DNA of 64,000 bases from Thalassobaculaceae bacterium (lineage in GTDB: Bacteria > Pseudomonadota > Alphaproteobacteria > Thalassobaculales > Thalassobaculaceae). Made by a program: the position numbers and the translations under genes. Where the stretch lies: positions 4,818,616-4,882,615 of the forward strand of contig OZ245843.1 in the NCBI GenBank assembly GCA_965228875.1. The letters run 5' to 3'. A model generated the notes under the pieces. The model ran no database searches and was not told the origin of the DNA. It saw only the letters and a program-made list of their open reading frames with translations. This document shows, piece by piece, positions 49,367-58,980 of the stretch (positions are counted from its first letter, which is position 1; each line of letters opens with the position of its first letter).

Positions 49367-50812
49367 ATGACCGAGCCGATCCTGATCCTTCAGAAATCCG
49401 TCGACCTGCGCGACCCGCACGACTGCACCGACAGCGGCGATGCCCTCGCCCTGCTGGAGGCGGTGTTCGACGCGCCGGTCCGGCGCCGTCCGGACGGCGG
49501 CTACGCCCCAGCGCTGGCCGAGCGTTGGGAAGTGAGCGCCGACGCCCGGACCTGGACGCTTCACCTGCGCGCCGACCTGCGCTTCCATGACGGACGGCCG
49601 ATCGATGCGGCGACGATGGCCGCGTCGATCCGGCGGATGCAGCGCCCGGACGTGGGGGCCACGCTCGGTGCGCCGGCGGTCTGGGGGCAGTACCTGGGCG
49701 GTGCGGAGATCGTGGCGGCGGATGCGCGCACGCTGCGGGTGACGACGGTCGAGCCGCTGGCCGACCTGCTGGACATCCTGGCGTCGGCCTATGCCGTCCC
49801 GCCCGAGGTGGACGAGCCGGGGTTCCTGGAGAACCCGGTCGGCAGCGGGGCGTATCGCGTGGAGGCGGTGACGCCCGGCGGTTCCGTGCGCCTGCGTGCC
49901 AACCCCGACTGGTGGGGCGGGGCGGTCGCCAATTCGACGCTGGTGTTCCGGGCGGAGGCGGATGACGATGCCCGTGCCGACGCCGTCGCATCCGGTCGCG
50001 CGGCGGCGGCGACGCGGCTGCGCCCCTCCCGACACGAGACGGTGGTCGCCCGCGCCGGCCGGTTCTGGACCGGTTTCACCGACCCGACCTCCATCATCTA
50101 CATCCTGAACGCGGCCAACGGGCCTTGCGCCGATCCGCGGGTGCGCCGGGCGCTGACCCTGGCGGTCGACCGCGGACGGGTGATCGAGCGGGTGTTGGAC
50201 GGCGACGGCGCAATTCTGACCGGCTTTGTCAGTGCGGCCCATCTGGGCGCCGCACCGGTGCCCGGCGACATCGTCGATCCGGACCGCGCCCGCGCCCTGT
50301 TGGCCGAGGCCGGGTACGCGGACGGGCTGACGCTGCACGTCGACACGCCGACCCGCCTGCCGGACGAGGCGCTCGCTCTGACCGGCGAACTGGCGGCACA
50401 GCTCGAGGCGGTCGGGGTCACCCTGGTCCCGCATGTAACCGAGGACCGGGTCTTCTACGCCGAGCAGGTCCGGGACAAACGGATCCGCGATCTCTGCGTC
50501 TTCGACTCGAGCCCGGTCAGCACCTTCCGGGTGCTGTACGAGAAGATCGACAGTCGGGTCGCCGGATCCTGGTGGCAGGGATACGCCAACGACCTGGTGG
50601 AGCGGCTGCTGGACGATGCCCGGCGCTGCGTGGAGGTGTCGGAGCGGGCCGCGCTCTACGGCGAGGCGTATCGCGCGCTGCTGGCGGATCCGGCCTGGCT
50701 GACGCTGTACCATCACCGACTGGGCGTGGCACTGGCCGCGAAGCCGGAGGTGTCGCCGATGCGCGGAGACGGCGTGATGGACGTGACGCTGCTGCCCGAT
50801 CTAGGCGGATGA
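49367..50812 (+). CDS. family 5 (OppA/DppA-like) solute-binding-fold protein lacking a signal peptide
   Basis: PALAERWEVSADARTWTLHLR..LRFHDG, VGSGAY, DPRVRRAL..AVDR, DPDRARALLAEAGY. Confidence 0.85.
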   Translation: MTEPILILQKSVDLRDPHDCTDSGDALALLEAVFDAPVRRRPDGGYAPALAERWEVSADARTWTLHLRADLRFHDGRPIDAATMAASIRRMQRPDVGATLGAPAVWGQYLGGAEIVAADARTLRVTTVEPLADLLDILASAYAVPPEVDEPGFLENPVGSGAYRVEAVTPGGSVRLRANPDWWGGAVANSTLVFRAEADDDARADAVASGRAAAATRLRPSRHETVVARAGRFWTGFTDPTSIIYILNAANGPCADPRVRRALTLAVDRGRVIERVLDGDGAILTGFVSAAHLGAAPVPGDIVDPDRARALLAEAGYADGLTLHVDTPTRLPDEALALTGELAAQLEAVGVTLVPHVTEDRVFYAEQVRDKRIRDLCVFDSSPVSTFRVLYEKIDSRVAGSWWQGYANDLVERLLDDARRCVEVSERAALYGEAYRALLADPAWLTLYHHRLGVALAAKPEVSPMRGDGVMDVTLLPDLGG

Positions 50813-50825
50813 CGGGGAGAGCGGG

Positions 50826-51593
50826 ATGACTTCGAAGGTGGCGATCGTGACCGGCGCGGCGCGCGGGATCGGTCTGGCGGTGAGCCGGCGGTTCCTGGCC
50901 GAGGGCTGGCGCGTCGCGATGCTGGACGTCGATGCCGACACCCTGACGGCGGCCGGCGATGAGCTGGCGGCCGAGCGGGCGATGACGCTGTCCTGCGACG
51001 TCTCCGACCCCGAGCAGGTCCGCGCCGCCGTCGCCGCGACGCTCGAGCGGTTCGGGCGCATCGACGCGGTCGTGAACAATGCCGGCATCGCCGTGTTCAA
51101 GCCGTTGCTCGACACCGGCTACGACGAGTGGTCGCGGGTTCTCGCCGTCAACCTGAACGGCCCGTTCCTGATGGTGCAGGAGACCGCCCGCGCCATGGCC
51201 GAGACCGGCGGTGGGGCGGTGGTCAACATCGGCTCCATCTCCGGTCTGCGGGCCAGCACCCTGCGCGTCGCCTACGGCACCTCCAAGGCCGCGCTCATGC
51301 ACCTGACCAAGCAGCAGGCGGCCGAACTGGGGGAGATCGGTGTCAGGGTCAACCTGGTGGCGCCCGGCCCGGTCGACACGACCATGGCGAAGCAGGTTCA
51401 CACCCCGGCGATCCGCGCCGACTATCACGACGCGATCCCATTGAACCGCTACGGCCTGGAGGAGGAGATCGCCAACGCCGTGTTCTTCCTGTGCAGCGAC
51501 CAGGCGAGCTACATCACCGGCCAGACCCTGGCGGTGGATGGCGGGTTCGACGCGGTGGGCATCGGCCTTCCGACCCTGCGCCGGGACGGCTGA
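50826..51593 (+). CDS. SDR family oxidoreductase
   Basis: TGAARGIG, VNNAGI, YGTSK, ASYITGQTLAVDGG. Confidence 0.93.
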   Translation: MTSKVAIVTGAARGIGLAVSRRFLAEGWRVAMLDVDADTLTAAGDELAAERAMTLSCDVSDPEQVRAAVAATLERFGRIDAVVNNAGIAVFKPLLDTGYDEWSRVLAVNLNGPFLMVQETARAMAETGGGAVVNIGSISGLRASTLRVAYGTSKAALMHLTKQQAAELGEIGVRVNLVAPGPVDTTMAKQVHTPAIRADYHDAIPLNRYGLEEEIANAVFFLCSDQASYITGQTLAVDGGFDAVGIGLPTLRRDG

Positions 51594-51677
51594 ACGCCGG
51601 GCGCGTGGGGAGGCGGCTTGCTGTAGACCGGCGGCTGCACCATCCTCTGTGCCCCACTACGATCCCCGGAGCCAGGA

Positions 51678-52508
51678 ATGAGCGACCCCGCAACCGTCAC
51701 CGCCGGCATGCTGATCATCGGCAACGAGATCCTGTCGGGCCGGACCAAGGACAAGAATGTCGGCTACATCGCCGAGGAACTGACGGCCATGGGCATCAGG
51801 CTCTCCGAGGTCCGCGTGGTGCGCGACGACGAGTCGGCGATCGTCGAGGCGGTGACGGCGCTGTCCGAGCGCTACACCTACGTCTTCACCTCCGGCGGCA
51901 TCGGCCCGACCCACGATGACATCACGACCGCCTGCATCGCCAAGGCCTTCGGTGCCGAGGTCGAGCGCAACGCCGAGGCGATGCGCCGGCTGACGGCGCA
52001 CTACGACAACAGCGGCGTCGAGTTCAACGCCGCGCGCCAGAAAATGGCGGAGATCCCCGTCGGCGCCGCGCTGATCGACAATCCGGTCTCCGCGGCCCCC
52101 GGCTTCATTCTCGGCAACGTGCACGTCATGGCCGGTGTGCCGCGCATCCTTCAGGCGATGTTCGAGGGCCTGAAGCCGGCGCTGACCGGCGGCGCGCAGA
52201 TGCTGTCGCGGACCGTGGCCTGCACGGTCGGCGAGGGCACCGTCGCGGGCGGGCTCGGCGGGATCCAGGCACGGTTTCCCGAGATCGAGATCGGCAGCTA
52301 TCCCTACTTCCGCGCCGGCGCCTTCGGGACCAGCCTGGTTCTGCGCGGCACCGACGAGGTCCGGCTGGAAGCGGCGACCGAGGAGGTCCGCGCCCTGGTC
52401 CGGTCGCTCGGCGGCGAGCCGATCGACATCGACGACGGGGTCGAGGACGGCGCAGTGGGTGAGGATGGCGCAGCGGGAGAAGGCGACGCAGCGGGGACGG
52501 CGTCGTGA
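51678..52508 (+). CDS. CinA-like molybdopterin-binding-domain protein
   Basis: IIGNEILSGRT.D.N, TSGGIGPTHDDIT, MAGVP, IGSYP. Confidence 0.92.
   Translation: MSDPATVTAGMLIIGNEILSGRTKDKNVGYIAEELTAMGIRLSEVRVVRDDESAIVEAVTALSERYTYVFTSGGIGPTHDDITTACIAKAFGAEVERNAEAMRRLTAHYDNSGVEFNAARQKMAEIPVGAALIDNPVSAAPGFILGNVHVMAGVPRILQAMFEGLKPALTGGAQMLSRTVACTVGEGTVAGGLGGIQARFPEIEIGSYPYFRAGAFGTSLVLRGTDEVRLEAATEEVRALVRSLGGEPIDIDDGVEDGAVGEDGAAGEGDAAGTAS
52443..52496 (+). repeat. 3 x 18-bp degenerate in-frame repeat in the CinA-like tail (EDGAVG-EDGAAG-EGDAAG)
   Basis: GAGGACGGCGCAGTGGGT / GAGGATGGCGCAGCGGGA / GAAGGCGACGCAGCGGGG. Confidence 0.7.
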
Positions 52509-53257
52509 GTTTCGTGCGCGTCGAACGCTACGAGCACGCGGCGCGGGTCACGCTCGATCGCGCCGCGAAGCGGAACGCCATCAGCAGCGCGGTGGCGCGG
52601 GAACTGGCGGCGGCGCTGACCGCGCTGTCGGCCGAGGAGGACCTGCGGGTCGTCGTTCTGTCGGGCGACGGACCGAGCTTCAGCGCCGGTGCCGATGTGA
52701 CGGAACTCGCCGGCCTGGACCCGGAGAGCGCCGAGATCTTCATCCGCGGCCTGCACGCGGCTATCGCCGCGGCCATGGCCTGTCCGGTGCCAGTGATCGC
52801 GGCGATCCGCGGGGCCTGCGTCGGCGGCGCGCTGGAACTGGTGGCGGGCTGCGACCTGCGGATCGCCACCCACGACGCACGTTTCTCCATGCCCGAGGTG
52901 AAGGTCGGCATCCCGTCGGTGATCGAGGCCGCGCTGCTGCCGCGGCTGATCGGTCGGGGAAAGGCCTCCCGTCTGGTTCTGACCGGGGAGACGGTCGACG
53001 CGCAGACGGCGCTTGCCTGGGGGCTCGTCGAGGAACTGGTCGCGGAGGACGACCTGATGTTCCGGGCCGGCGCCCTGGCGGCGGAGATCGCGGCCAACGA
53101 CCCGGCGGCGATCCGCGCGCAGAAGCGGCTGATCCAGGCCTGGGACGACCTGCCGATCGCCGAGGCGGTCGAGGTCAGCGTGGCGGAGTTCGCCGCCAGC
53201 TATCGCTCGAGCGCCCCGCGGGACCGGCTGGCGGCGGCCCTGGCCGGCCGGAAATGA
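52505..53257 (+). CDS. enoyl-CoA hydratase/isomerase family protein
   Basis: FSAGAD, PVIAAIRG.CVGGALEL..GCDLR, MPEVKVGI. Confidence 0.92.
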   Translation: MSFVRVERYEHAARVTLDRAAKRNAISSAVARELAAALTALSAEEDLRVVVLSGDGPSFSAGADVTELAGLDPESAEIFIRGLHAAIAAAMACPVPVIAAIRGACVGGALELVAGCDLRIATHDARFSMPEVKVGIPSVIEAALLPRLIGRGKASRLVLTGETVDAQTALAWGLVEELVAEDDLMFRAGALAAEIAANDPAAIRAQKRLIQAWDDLPIAEAVEVSVAEFAASYRSSAPRDRLAAALAGRK

Positions 53258-53664
53258 GGGAGGCCACCGCGGCTCTGACTGCGGTTTTGGTTGCGGTTCT
53301 GGCGGCCGCGCTGGCGGCCTCGCCGGCCGCCGCCGCTTCTCCCGACGGGATCTGGGGGGTGGTCCGTGCCGGTACGCCGGACTGCTCCGGCCTGGTGATC
53401 GTCCTCCGCGACGGGGCTTACACCAAGGCGATGCTCGATATCGGCACCACCCAGGGCCGGCGCGACAGTGTTGTCGCCACGTCGCGCTACGACCTTGCCG
53501 GTCAGAGGCTGGAGATCGCGCCGTCGTTCTCGCTGTCGCGGCCCGAGCCGCGGCAGACGTTCGTCTGGGACCGGGTGGCGGATGCGCTGATCCGCCAGAA
53601 ACCGACCCCGTCGCTCACCTATCGCCGCTGTCCGGACCGGCCGCTGAACCCGATGACGCGGTAG
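53254..53664 (+). CDS. hypothetical secreted protein
   Basis: Ala-rich signal peptide, DGIW..C...YRRC pattern; ATGA overlap with the upstream gene; 3' end overlaps the convergent gene by 50 bp. Confidence 0.7.
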   Translation: MREATAALTAVLVAVLAAALAASPAAAASPDGIWGVVRAGTPDCSGLVIVLRDGAYTKAMLDIGTTQGRRDSVVATSRYDLAGQRLEIAPSFSLSRPEPRQTFVWDRVADALIRQKPTPSLTYRRCPDRPLNPMTR

Positions 53665-54658
53665 CGGCGTCCACCGGCGGAAACCGCCAGAGCGCGGCGG
53701 CGTTGGCGATGAGGATGCGGTCGCGCAGCCCCGCGTCCTCGCACCATTCCCCGAGCAGGTCGAGCAGGCCGACATCGTCCGGTGCGTCTGGACCCTTCGT
53801 CGCCGGGCGCGGCCAGTTGCTGCCCCATACGAGGCGCTCGGGCGCGAAGCGGATCAGCAGCCGGGCGATGCGCTCGGCATGGGGGTAGCGCGGCGATTGC
53901 GGATCGCTCTCCTCCGGCCCCGACAGTTTGACCCAGACCTTGTCGGCATCGATCAGACGCAGCAGCGCACGCAGCCCCGGATCGCGGTCGCTGACCGGCC
54001 CGAGGAAGCAGCCGATGTGATCGAGCACCACCCGGCCGGGCCAGGACCGCAGGCGATCCTCCACCTCCATCAGGAACCGGCCGTCCATCTCCAGATCGAC
54101 GTCCCAGTCCACCAGGTCGTGCACCCGGGCGGCGAGGCGGTCGGTCTCGACCCAGCCGATCCGGCGCCAGGGATCGCGCATCTGGAATCGGGCGGCGACG
54201 CATCCGGACGCGTCGAGGTCGCGGATCTCGCTCTCGCTCGTCGACGGGCCGATGGCCGCCACGCCACGGGCCCGTTCAGCCCCGAGGCGATCCAGGGCGC
54301 CGAGCAGGGTCGCATGGTCGAAACCGTGGCCGCTCGACTGCACGACGACGGTGCGGTCGAGGCCGAGTCCGGCGCGCTGACGGAGGTAGCCCGCGACAGG
54401 GTCCGGCGCGGGAGCGCCCGACGTGTCCGCTGCCTCCGAAGCGGGCGGGAACCGAACGTGGCTGTCGCAGCTTCCAGCGACCACCGGTACGGTCTTAACC
54501 GCGTCTTCCCCATCTTCCCGGTCATCCTCCGGCTCTTGGCCGATCTCCGACAGCAGGTCCTCGACGCTCGGCTCCGGCGTACTGCCGGGCGGCGGCGGGA
54601 GCTCGTAGAATGACGGGTCCGACGGCAGGATGAGCGGGGGCTTGGTCATAACGACCAT
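53615..54658 (-). CDS. amidohydrolase family protein (Amidohydro_2 / LigI-like)
   Basis: CDSH, RTVVVQ, ARGVA, VVLDHIG, WVKLSG, PERLVWGSNWP, ILIANAAALW; start uncertain. Confidence 0.85.
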   Translation of the reverse strand: MVVMTKPPLILPSDPSFYELPPPPGSTPEPSVEDLLSEIGQEPEDDREDGEDAVKTVPVVAGSCDSHVRFPPASEAADTSGAPAPDPVAGYLRQRAGLGLDRTVVVQSSGHGFDHATLLGALDRLGAERARGVAAIGPSTSESEIRDLDASGCVAARFQMRDPWRRIGWVETDRLAARVHDLVDWDVDLEMDGRFLMEVEDRLRSWPGRVVLDHIGCFLGPVSDRDPGLRALLRLIDADKVWVKLSGPEESDPQSPRYPHAERIARLLIRFAPERLVWGSNWPRPATKGPDAPDDVGLLDLLGEWCEDAGLRDRILIANAAALWRFPPVDAATASSGSAAGPDSGDR

Positions 54659-54675
54659 TCCAGTCTTGCGGTTTT

Positions 54676-54691
54676 CGGCACGGGTCTTGCT
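54676..54691 (+). promoter_or_regulatory. sigma54 (-24/-12) promoter of flagellin
   Basis: CGGCACGGGTCTTGCT = GG-N10-GC, close to the TGGCACG-N4-TTGCW consensus. Confidence 0.7.
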
Positions 54692-54702
54692 ACCAAAGGG
54701 TT

Positions 54703-55548
54703 ATGGCCCTGTCGATCCGCACGAACCCGGAATCTCTAGCCGCGCTCAGGAATCTGAACGCCGCCGGATCGCGCGTGGCGGAGATGAGCGGCCAAGTCTC
54801 CACCGGGCTCAAGGTCCAGGGCGCCAGGGACGACGCCTCCAACTTCGCCATCGCCCAGGGACTGCGCACCGACATTCGGGCGATCAACGCCGTGATCCAG
54901 GGGCTCAACAATGCCAAGGGCATCGCCAAGGTGGCGTTGGCCGGCGCGACGGCGATGTCCGATCTGATGACCCTGATCCGCCAGAAGATCACCGAGGGCG
55001 CGAACGAGGGGAACACCACGCAGCAGCAGCAGATCCTGCAGAACGACTACACCGAGATGCTCGCACAGATGCGGCAGATCCTCGAGAACTCGGAGTTCAA
55101 CGGGGTCAACATCGTCATCGAGACGGCGATCCCGTTCAACCTGGCGGTCGGCACGGTGCGCGACGTCGACGTGCTGTCGAACGTCGATGGCGGCACGCTG
55201 ACCCTGAACGGACAGCGTCTCGACCTGACCTATGCGCTTCTGGCGAATGAGGACATCACCACGCCGGCAAACGCGCTCAACGCTCTCACCATCTTCGAGC
55301 AGGAGGAGGCACGGGTTGCCGAGGCGCTCGGCAGTCTCGGCGCCGACCTTCGCGCCCTCGACCTGCAGGTGGGGCAGTTGCAGGCGACGCTGGATGCGAC
55401 GGAGGAGGGGCTCGGCAACATCGTCGATGCCGACATGGCGCGGGCGTCGGCCGAACTGACCGCCGCCCAGGTCCGCCAGGAGCTGGCCACCCAGACGCTG
55501 ACGATCGCCAACAACGCGCCGCAGATCATTCTGGGGCTGTACCAGTAG
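54703..55548 (+). CDS. flagellin (short, 281 aa)
   Basis: N-terminal SIRTN..SLAALRNLN...STGLKV..ARDDAS.FAIAQ; C-terminal GLGNIVDADMARASA.L.A.QV.QEL...LTIAN.APQ.IL.L. Confidence 0.93.
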   Translation: MALSIRTNPESLAALRNLNAAGSRVAEMSGQVSTGLKVQGARDDASNFAIAQGLRTDIRAINAVIQGLNNAKGIAKVALAGATAMSDLMTLIRQKITEGANEGNTTQQQQILQNDYTEMLAQMRQILENSEFNGVNIVIETAIPFNLAVGTVRDVDVLSNVDGGTLTLNGQRLDLTYALLANEDITTPANALNALTIFEQEEARVAEALGSLGADLRALDLQVGQLQATLDATEEGLGNIVDADMARASAELTAAQVRQELATQTLTIANNAPQIILGLYQ

Positions 55549-56376
55549 TCACGGCTCGAAAGTTTCGAACGCGTCCCTGTAGGCCGGGTCCCAGCGCGAG
55601 AGGGGCGAGCGGTTTTCGGTGATGTCGCCCGCACCCCACAAAATGCGCTTGCGGTCCATTTCCGGCGTCGTCTCGCCGTCCGGGCACAGGATGTAGAAAT
55701 CGCCGGCGGTCAGGCCGTCCAGCATGTAGTCCACCACCTGCTCCGGCAGCCAGGCGCCGGGCTTGTGTTCCCGGTCGCCGGTCGTGGTCCAGCCGGGGAT
55801 CAGCAGATGGGCGCTCACCGTGCAGCCCGGCGTGTTCCGCAGGTCGTGCTGCAGGGCCTCGGTGTAGGTCTTCACCGCCGACTTCGTGACGTTGTAGGCG
55901 GTGTTGCCGGGCGGGTTGGTGATGCCCTGCTTCGAGCCGAGATTGACCACGAAGGCCGGGGCACCCGCCGCGATCATGGCGGGAACGAACGCCCGTACGC
56001 CGTTGATGACGCCCCACAGGTTCACCACCAGGGCCCGCTGCCAGTCCTCGGCCGGGTTCCAGATCCCGCCGCCGACCCGGGTCACGGCGTTGTTCATCAC
56101 CACGGAGGCGGCGGTCGTCACCGAGGCGACACGCTCGGCGGCCGCCCGCATCGCCGCCTCGTCCGCGACATCGCAGCCGATGGCCGTGACGTGGCCCGCT
56201 TCGGCGGCGACGGCGTCCACCTCCTCCCGGGTCGCCTCCAGGGCGTCGCCCGGCAGATCGATCAGATAGACCCGCATGCCGAATTCGGCGAACCGTCTGG
56301 CCGCCGCTCGACCGATGCCGCTGGCGGCCCCGGTGACGACGGCGGCCCGATCACGGGCGAGGGCGGGATGGGGCAT
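55549..56376 (-). CDS. SDR family oxidoreductase
   Basis: TGAASGIG, MNNA, GSKQGITNPPGNTAYNVTK. Confidence 0.92.
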   Translation of the reverse strand: MPHPALARDRAAVVTGAASGIGRAAARRFAEFGMRVYLIDLPGDALEATREEVDAVAAEAGHVTAIGCDVADEAAMRAAAERVASVTTAASVVMNNAVTRVGGGIWNPAEDWQRALVVNLWGVINGVRAFVPAMIAAGAPAFVVNLGSKQGITNPPGNTAYNVTKSAVKTYTEALQHDLRNTPGCTVSAHLLIPGWTTTGDREHKPGAWLPEQVVDYMLDGLTAGDFYILCPDGETTPEMDRKRILWGAGDITENRSPLSRWDPAYRDAFETFEP

Positions 56377-56490
56377 GGCGGATCCTCCGGTTCTGTGGCC
56401 TGGGCGCAGTATGCCACGCCCGGCCCACCCGCTGACGAGGCCGGCGCGGACCGACGGATCGGCCGCGCCTGCCCGGCCTGTCGACGCGGC

Positions 56491-56522
56491 AAAAGAAAGA
56501 GGGGCCGCCGAAGCGACCCCTC
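56491..56522 (-). terminator. rho-independent terminator of the aminotransferase gene
   Basis: Minus strand GAGGGGTCGC-TTCG-GCGGCCCCTC-TTTCTTTT. Confidence 0.85.
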
Positions 56523-56548
56523 CCGGACAGTCGACATGGTGTTGGCGC

Positions 56549-57931
56549 TTACGCCGCCGCGGCCTTGTGGATCGCCGAGGCCGCGTCGTCGAGCGCCGAC
56601 TTCATCTTGTCGAACAGCTCGTTGATCTGGGTCTCGGTGATGATGAGCGGCGGAGTGAAGGCGATGGTGTCGCCGATCGCCCGTACGATCAGGCCGTGCT
56701 CGGTGGCGGCGGCGTTGGTCTTGGCGCCGGCACCGACCTTCGGGTCGTAGGACGCGCGGGTCCCCTTGTCGGCGACGATTTCCAGCGCGCCCATCAGGCC
56801 GCGGCCGCGGGTCTCGCCGACCAGTTCGTGTTCGCCCAGCGCGGCCAGCCGCTCCTGGAACAGCGGGGAGACCGCCTTCACGTGGTCGACGATGCCGTCC
56901 TCCTCGTAGATCTTGAGGGTCTCGAGGGCGACGGCGGCGCAGACCGGGTGGGCGGTGTAGGTGTAGCCGTGGCCGAGAACGCCGAGGTCCTGGCTCTGCT
57001 CGGCGATCGGCTGGTAGACGTCCTCGCTGATCATCACCGCCGAGATCGGCAGATAGCTCGACGACAGCGCCTTGGCGCAGGTCAGGATGTCCGGCTTGAT
57101 GCCGATGGTCTGGCAGCCCCAGAACTCGCCCGTGCGCCCGAAGCCGCAGATCACCTCGTCGGCGATCATCAGCACGTCGTACTTTTTCAGCACCGCCTGG
57201 ACCTTCTCGAAATAGGTCTCCGGCGGGACGATCACGCCGCCGGCACCCATGATCGGCTCGGCGATGAAGGCGGCCACCGTCTCCGGCCCCTCCTCGAGGA
57301 TCATCGCTTCGAGGTCGTTGGCCATGCGCGTGGCGAAGTCGGCCTCGCTCTCGCCCGGCTGACCGAAGCGGTAGAAGTGCGGGTTGTTGGTGTGCTTGAC
57401 GCCGGCGATCGGCAGGTCGAAGCCCGGGTGGTTGACCGGCGTGCCGGTCAGCGAGGCCGAGGCGATGGTGACGCCGTGATAGCCCTTAACGCGGCTGATG
57501 ATCTTCTTCTTGGCATGACGGCCGCGGGCGTTGTTGTAGTACCAGACCAGCTTCATCGCCGTGTCGTTCGCCTCGGAGCCGGAGCCGGCGAAGAACACCT
57601 TGGACATCGGCACGGGCGCGAGGTTGATGAGCTTCTCGGCCAGGTCGATGCCCGGCAGGTGCGCCTTGTGGGCAAAGGTGTGGTAGTAGGGAAGCGTCTC
57701 GAGCTGCTTGGTGGCGGCCTGGACCAGCCGGTTCTCGTTGAAGCCGAGGGACGCGCACCACAGGCCCGCCATTGCCTCCAGGTACTGCTTGCCGCCGTCG
57801 TCGTACACGTAGACGCCATCGCCCTTGGTGATGATCATCGGGCCGTTCTGCTCGTGGGCCCGGGCGTTGGTGTAGGGGTGCAGGAAGTAGGCAACGTCTC
57901 TCGCCGCCGGCGAGTTCGGCTGGAAGCTCAT
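56549..57931 (-). CDS. class III aminotransferase (omega-amino acid/polyamine transaminase-like)
   Basis: LHPYTN, AGLWC, SGSEAND, YHGVT, AEPIMGAGG, IADEVICGFGRTG, AKALSS, HGYTY. Confidence 0.94.
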   Translation of the reverse strand: MSFQPNSPAARDVAYFLHPYTNARAHEQNGPMIITKGDGVYVYDDGGKQYLEAMAGLWCASLGFNENRLVQAATKQLETLPYYHTFAHKAHLPGIDLAEKLINLAPVPMSKVFFAGSGSEANDTAMKLVWYYNNARGRHAKKKIISRVKGYHGVTIASASLTGTPVNHPGFDLPIAGVKHTNNPHFYRFGQPGESEADFATRMANDLEAMILEEGPETVAAFIAEPIMGAGGVIVPPETYFEKVQAVLKKYDVLMIADEVICGFGRTGEFWGCQTIGIKPDILTCAKALSSSYLPISAVMISEDVYQPIAEQSQDLGVLGHGYTYTAHPVCAAVALETLKIYEEDGIVDHVKAVSPLFQERLAALGEHELVGETRGRGLMGALEIVADKGTRASYDPKVGAGAKTNAAATEHGLIVRAIGDTIAFTPPLIITETQINELFDKMKSALDDAASAIHKAAAA

Positions 57932-58023
57932 GGCGTCCTCCAAGGGAATGAGTATTTCGTCGGAAGTGACTTAGCCCGAGCATATCACGCTAAAATAGAC
58001 GCGAAAGGGGGCGTGTGACGCTC

Positions 58024-58947
58024 TCAGAAGACCGACCAGCCGGTCTCCCTGGAAAGCTCTTCGAGCGCGATCGTGCCGGCGTGTGAGTTGCCGTTGGCGT
58101 TGAGGCCGGGCGACCACACCGCGATCGCCGCGCGCCCCGGCGCGATCGCAAGGATACCGCCGCCGACCCCGCTCTTTCCGGGCAGGCCGACATGGAACGC
58201 GAAATCCCCCGAAGCGTCGTAGTGGCCGCAGGTCATCATCAAGGCGTTGATCCGCCGCGCGCGAAAGTCGGCGACGACCCGATGACCGGTGACCGGGTCG
58301 GTACCGCGGTTGGCCAGGAACAGGCCGGCCCGGGCGAGCTGGGCGCAGGAGAGCGACAGGGCGCACTGGTGAAAATAGACGTCCAGCGTGTCGGCGACCG
58401 GCCCGTCGATCGTGCCGAACGCTTTCATGAAGTTCGCCAGGCTCATGTTGCGGTAGCCGGTCTCCGCCTCCGACCGGGCGACCTCAGCGTCGATGGCCAC
58501 GGTGTCGTCGTCCGTCAGCCGGCGCAGGAACGAGAGGATTTCGGCAGTCGTCTCCTTCGGTCTGCCGCCGGCGAGCAGGATGTCGCTGACGACAATGGCG
58601 CCGGCGTTGATGAACGGGTTGCGGGGGATGCCCTGCTCGCGTTCGAGTTGGACGATGGAGTTGAAGGCCGACCCGGACGGTTCGCGCCCCACACGCTGCC
58701 ACAGATCGCTGCCGACCTTGCCGAGGGCCAGCGCCAGGGTAAAGACCTTCGACACGCTCTGGATCGAGAACGGCTCATGGGCGTCGCCGGCGGTGTGCAA
58801 ACCGCCATCCAGTGTGGCGATGGCGATGCCGATCTTCGACGGATCGACCCGAGCGAGCGCCGGGATGTAGTCGGCCACCCGGCCCTTGCCGATCTCCGGG
58901 GCGATCCTGTCGAGAATCCTGACAACCAGACTGTCCAGGGACATCAC
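58024..58947 (-). CDS. glsA: glutaminase
   Basis: [46 protein letters not shown]. Confidence 0.96.
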   Translation of the reverse strand: MMSLDSLVVRILDRIAPEIGKGRVADYIPALARVDPSKIGIAIATLDGGLHTAGDAHEPFSIQSVSKVFTLALALGKVGSDLWQRVGREPSGSAFNSIVQLEREQGIPRNPFINAGAIVVSDILLAGGRPKETTAEILSFLRRLTDDDTVAIDAEVARSEAETGYRNMSLANFMKAFGTIDGPVADTLDVYFHQCALSLSCAQLARAGLFLANRGTDPVTGHRVVADFRARRINALMMTCGHYDASGDFAFHVGLPGKSGVGGGILAIAPGRAAIAVWSPGLNANGNSHAGTIALEELSRETGWSVF

Positions 58948-58980
58948 GCACTCCTGACACAGCGTAAAGGGCCGAGCGGG

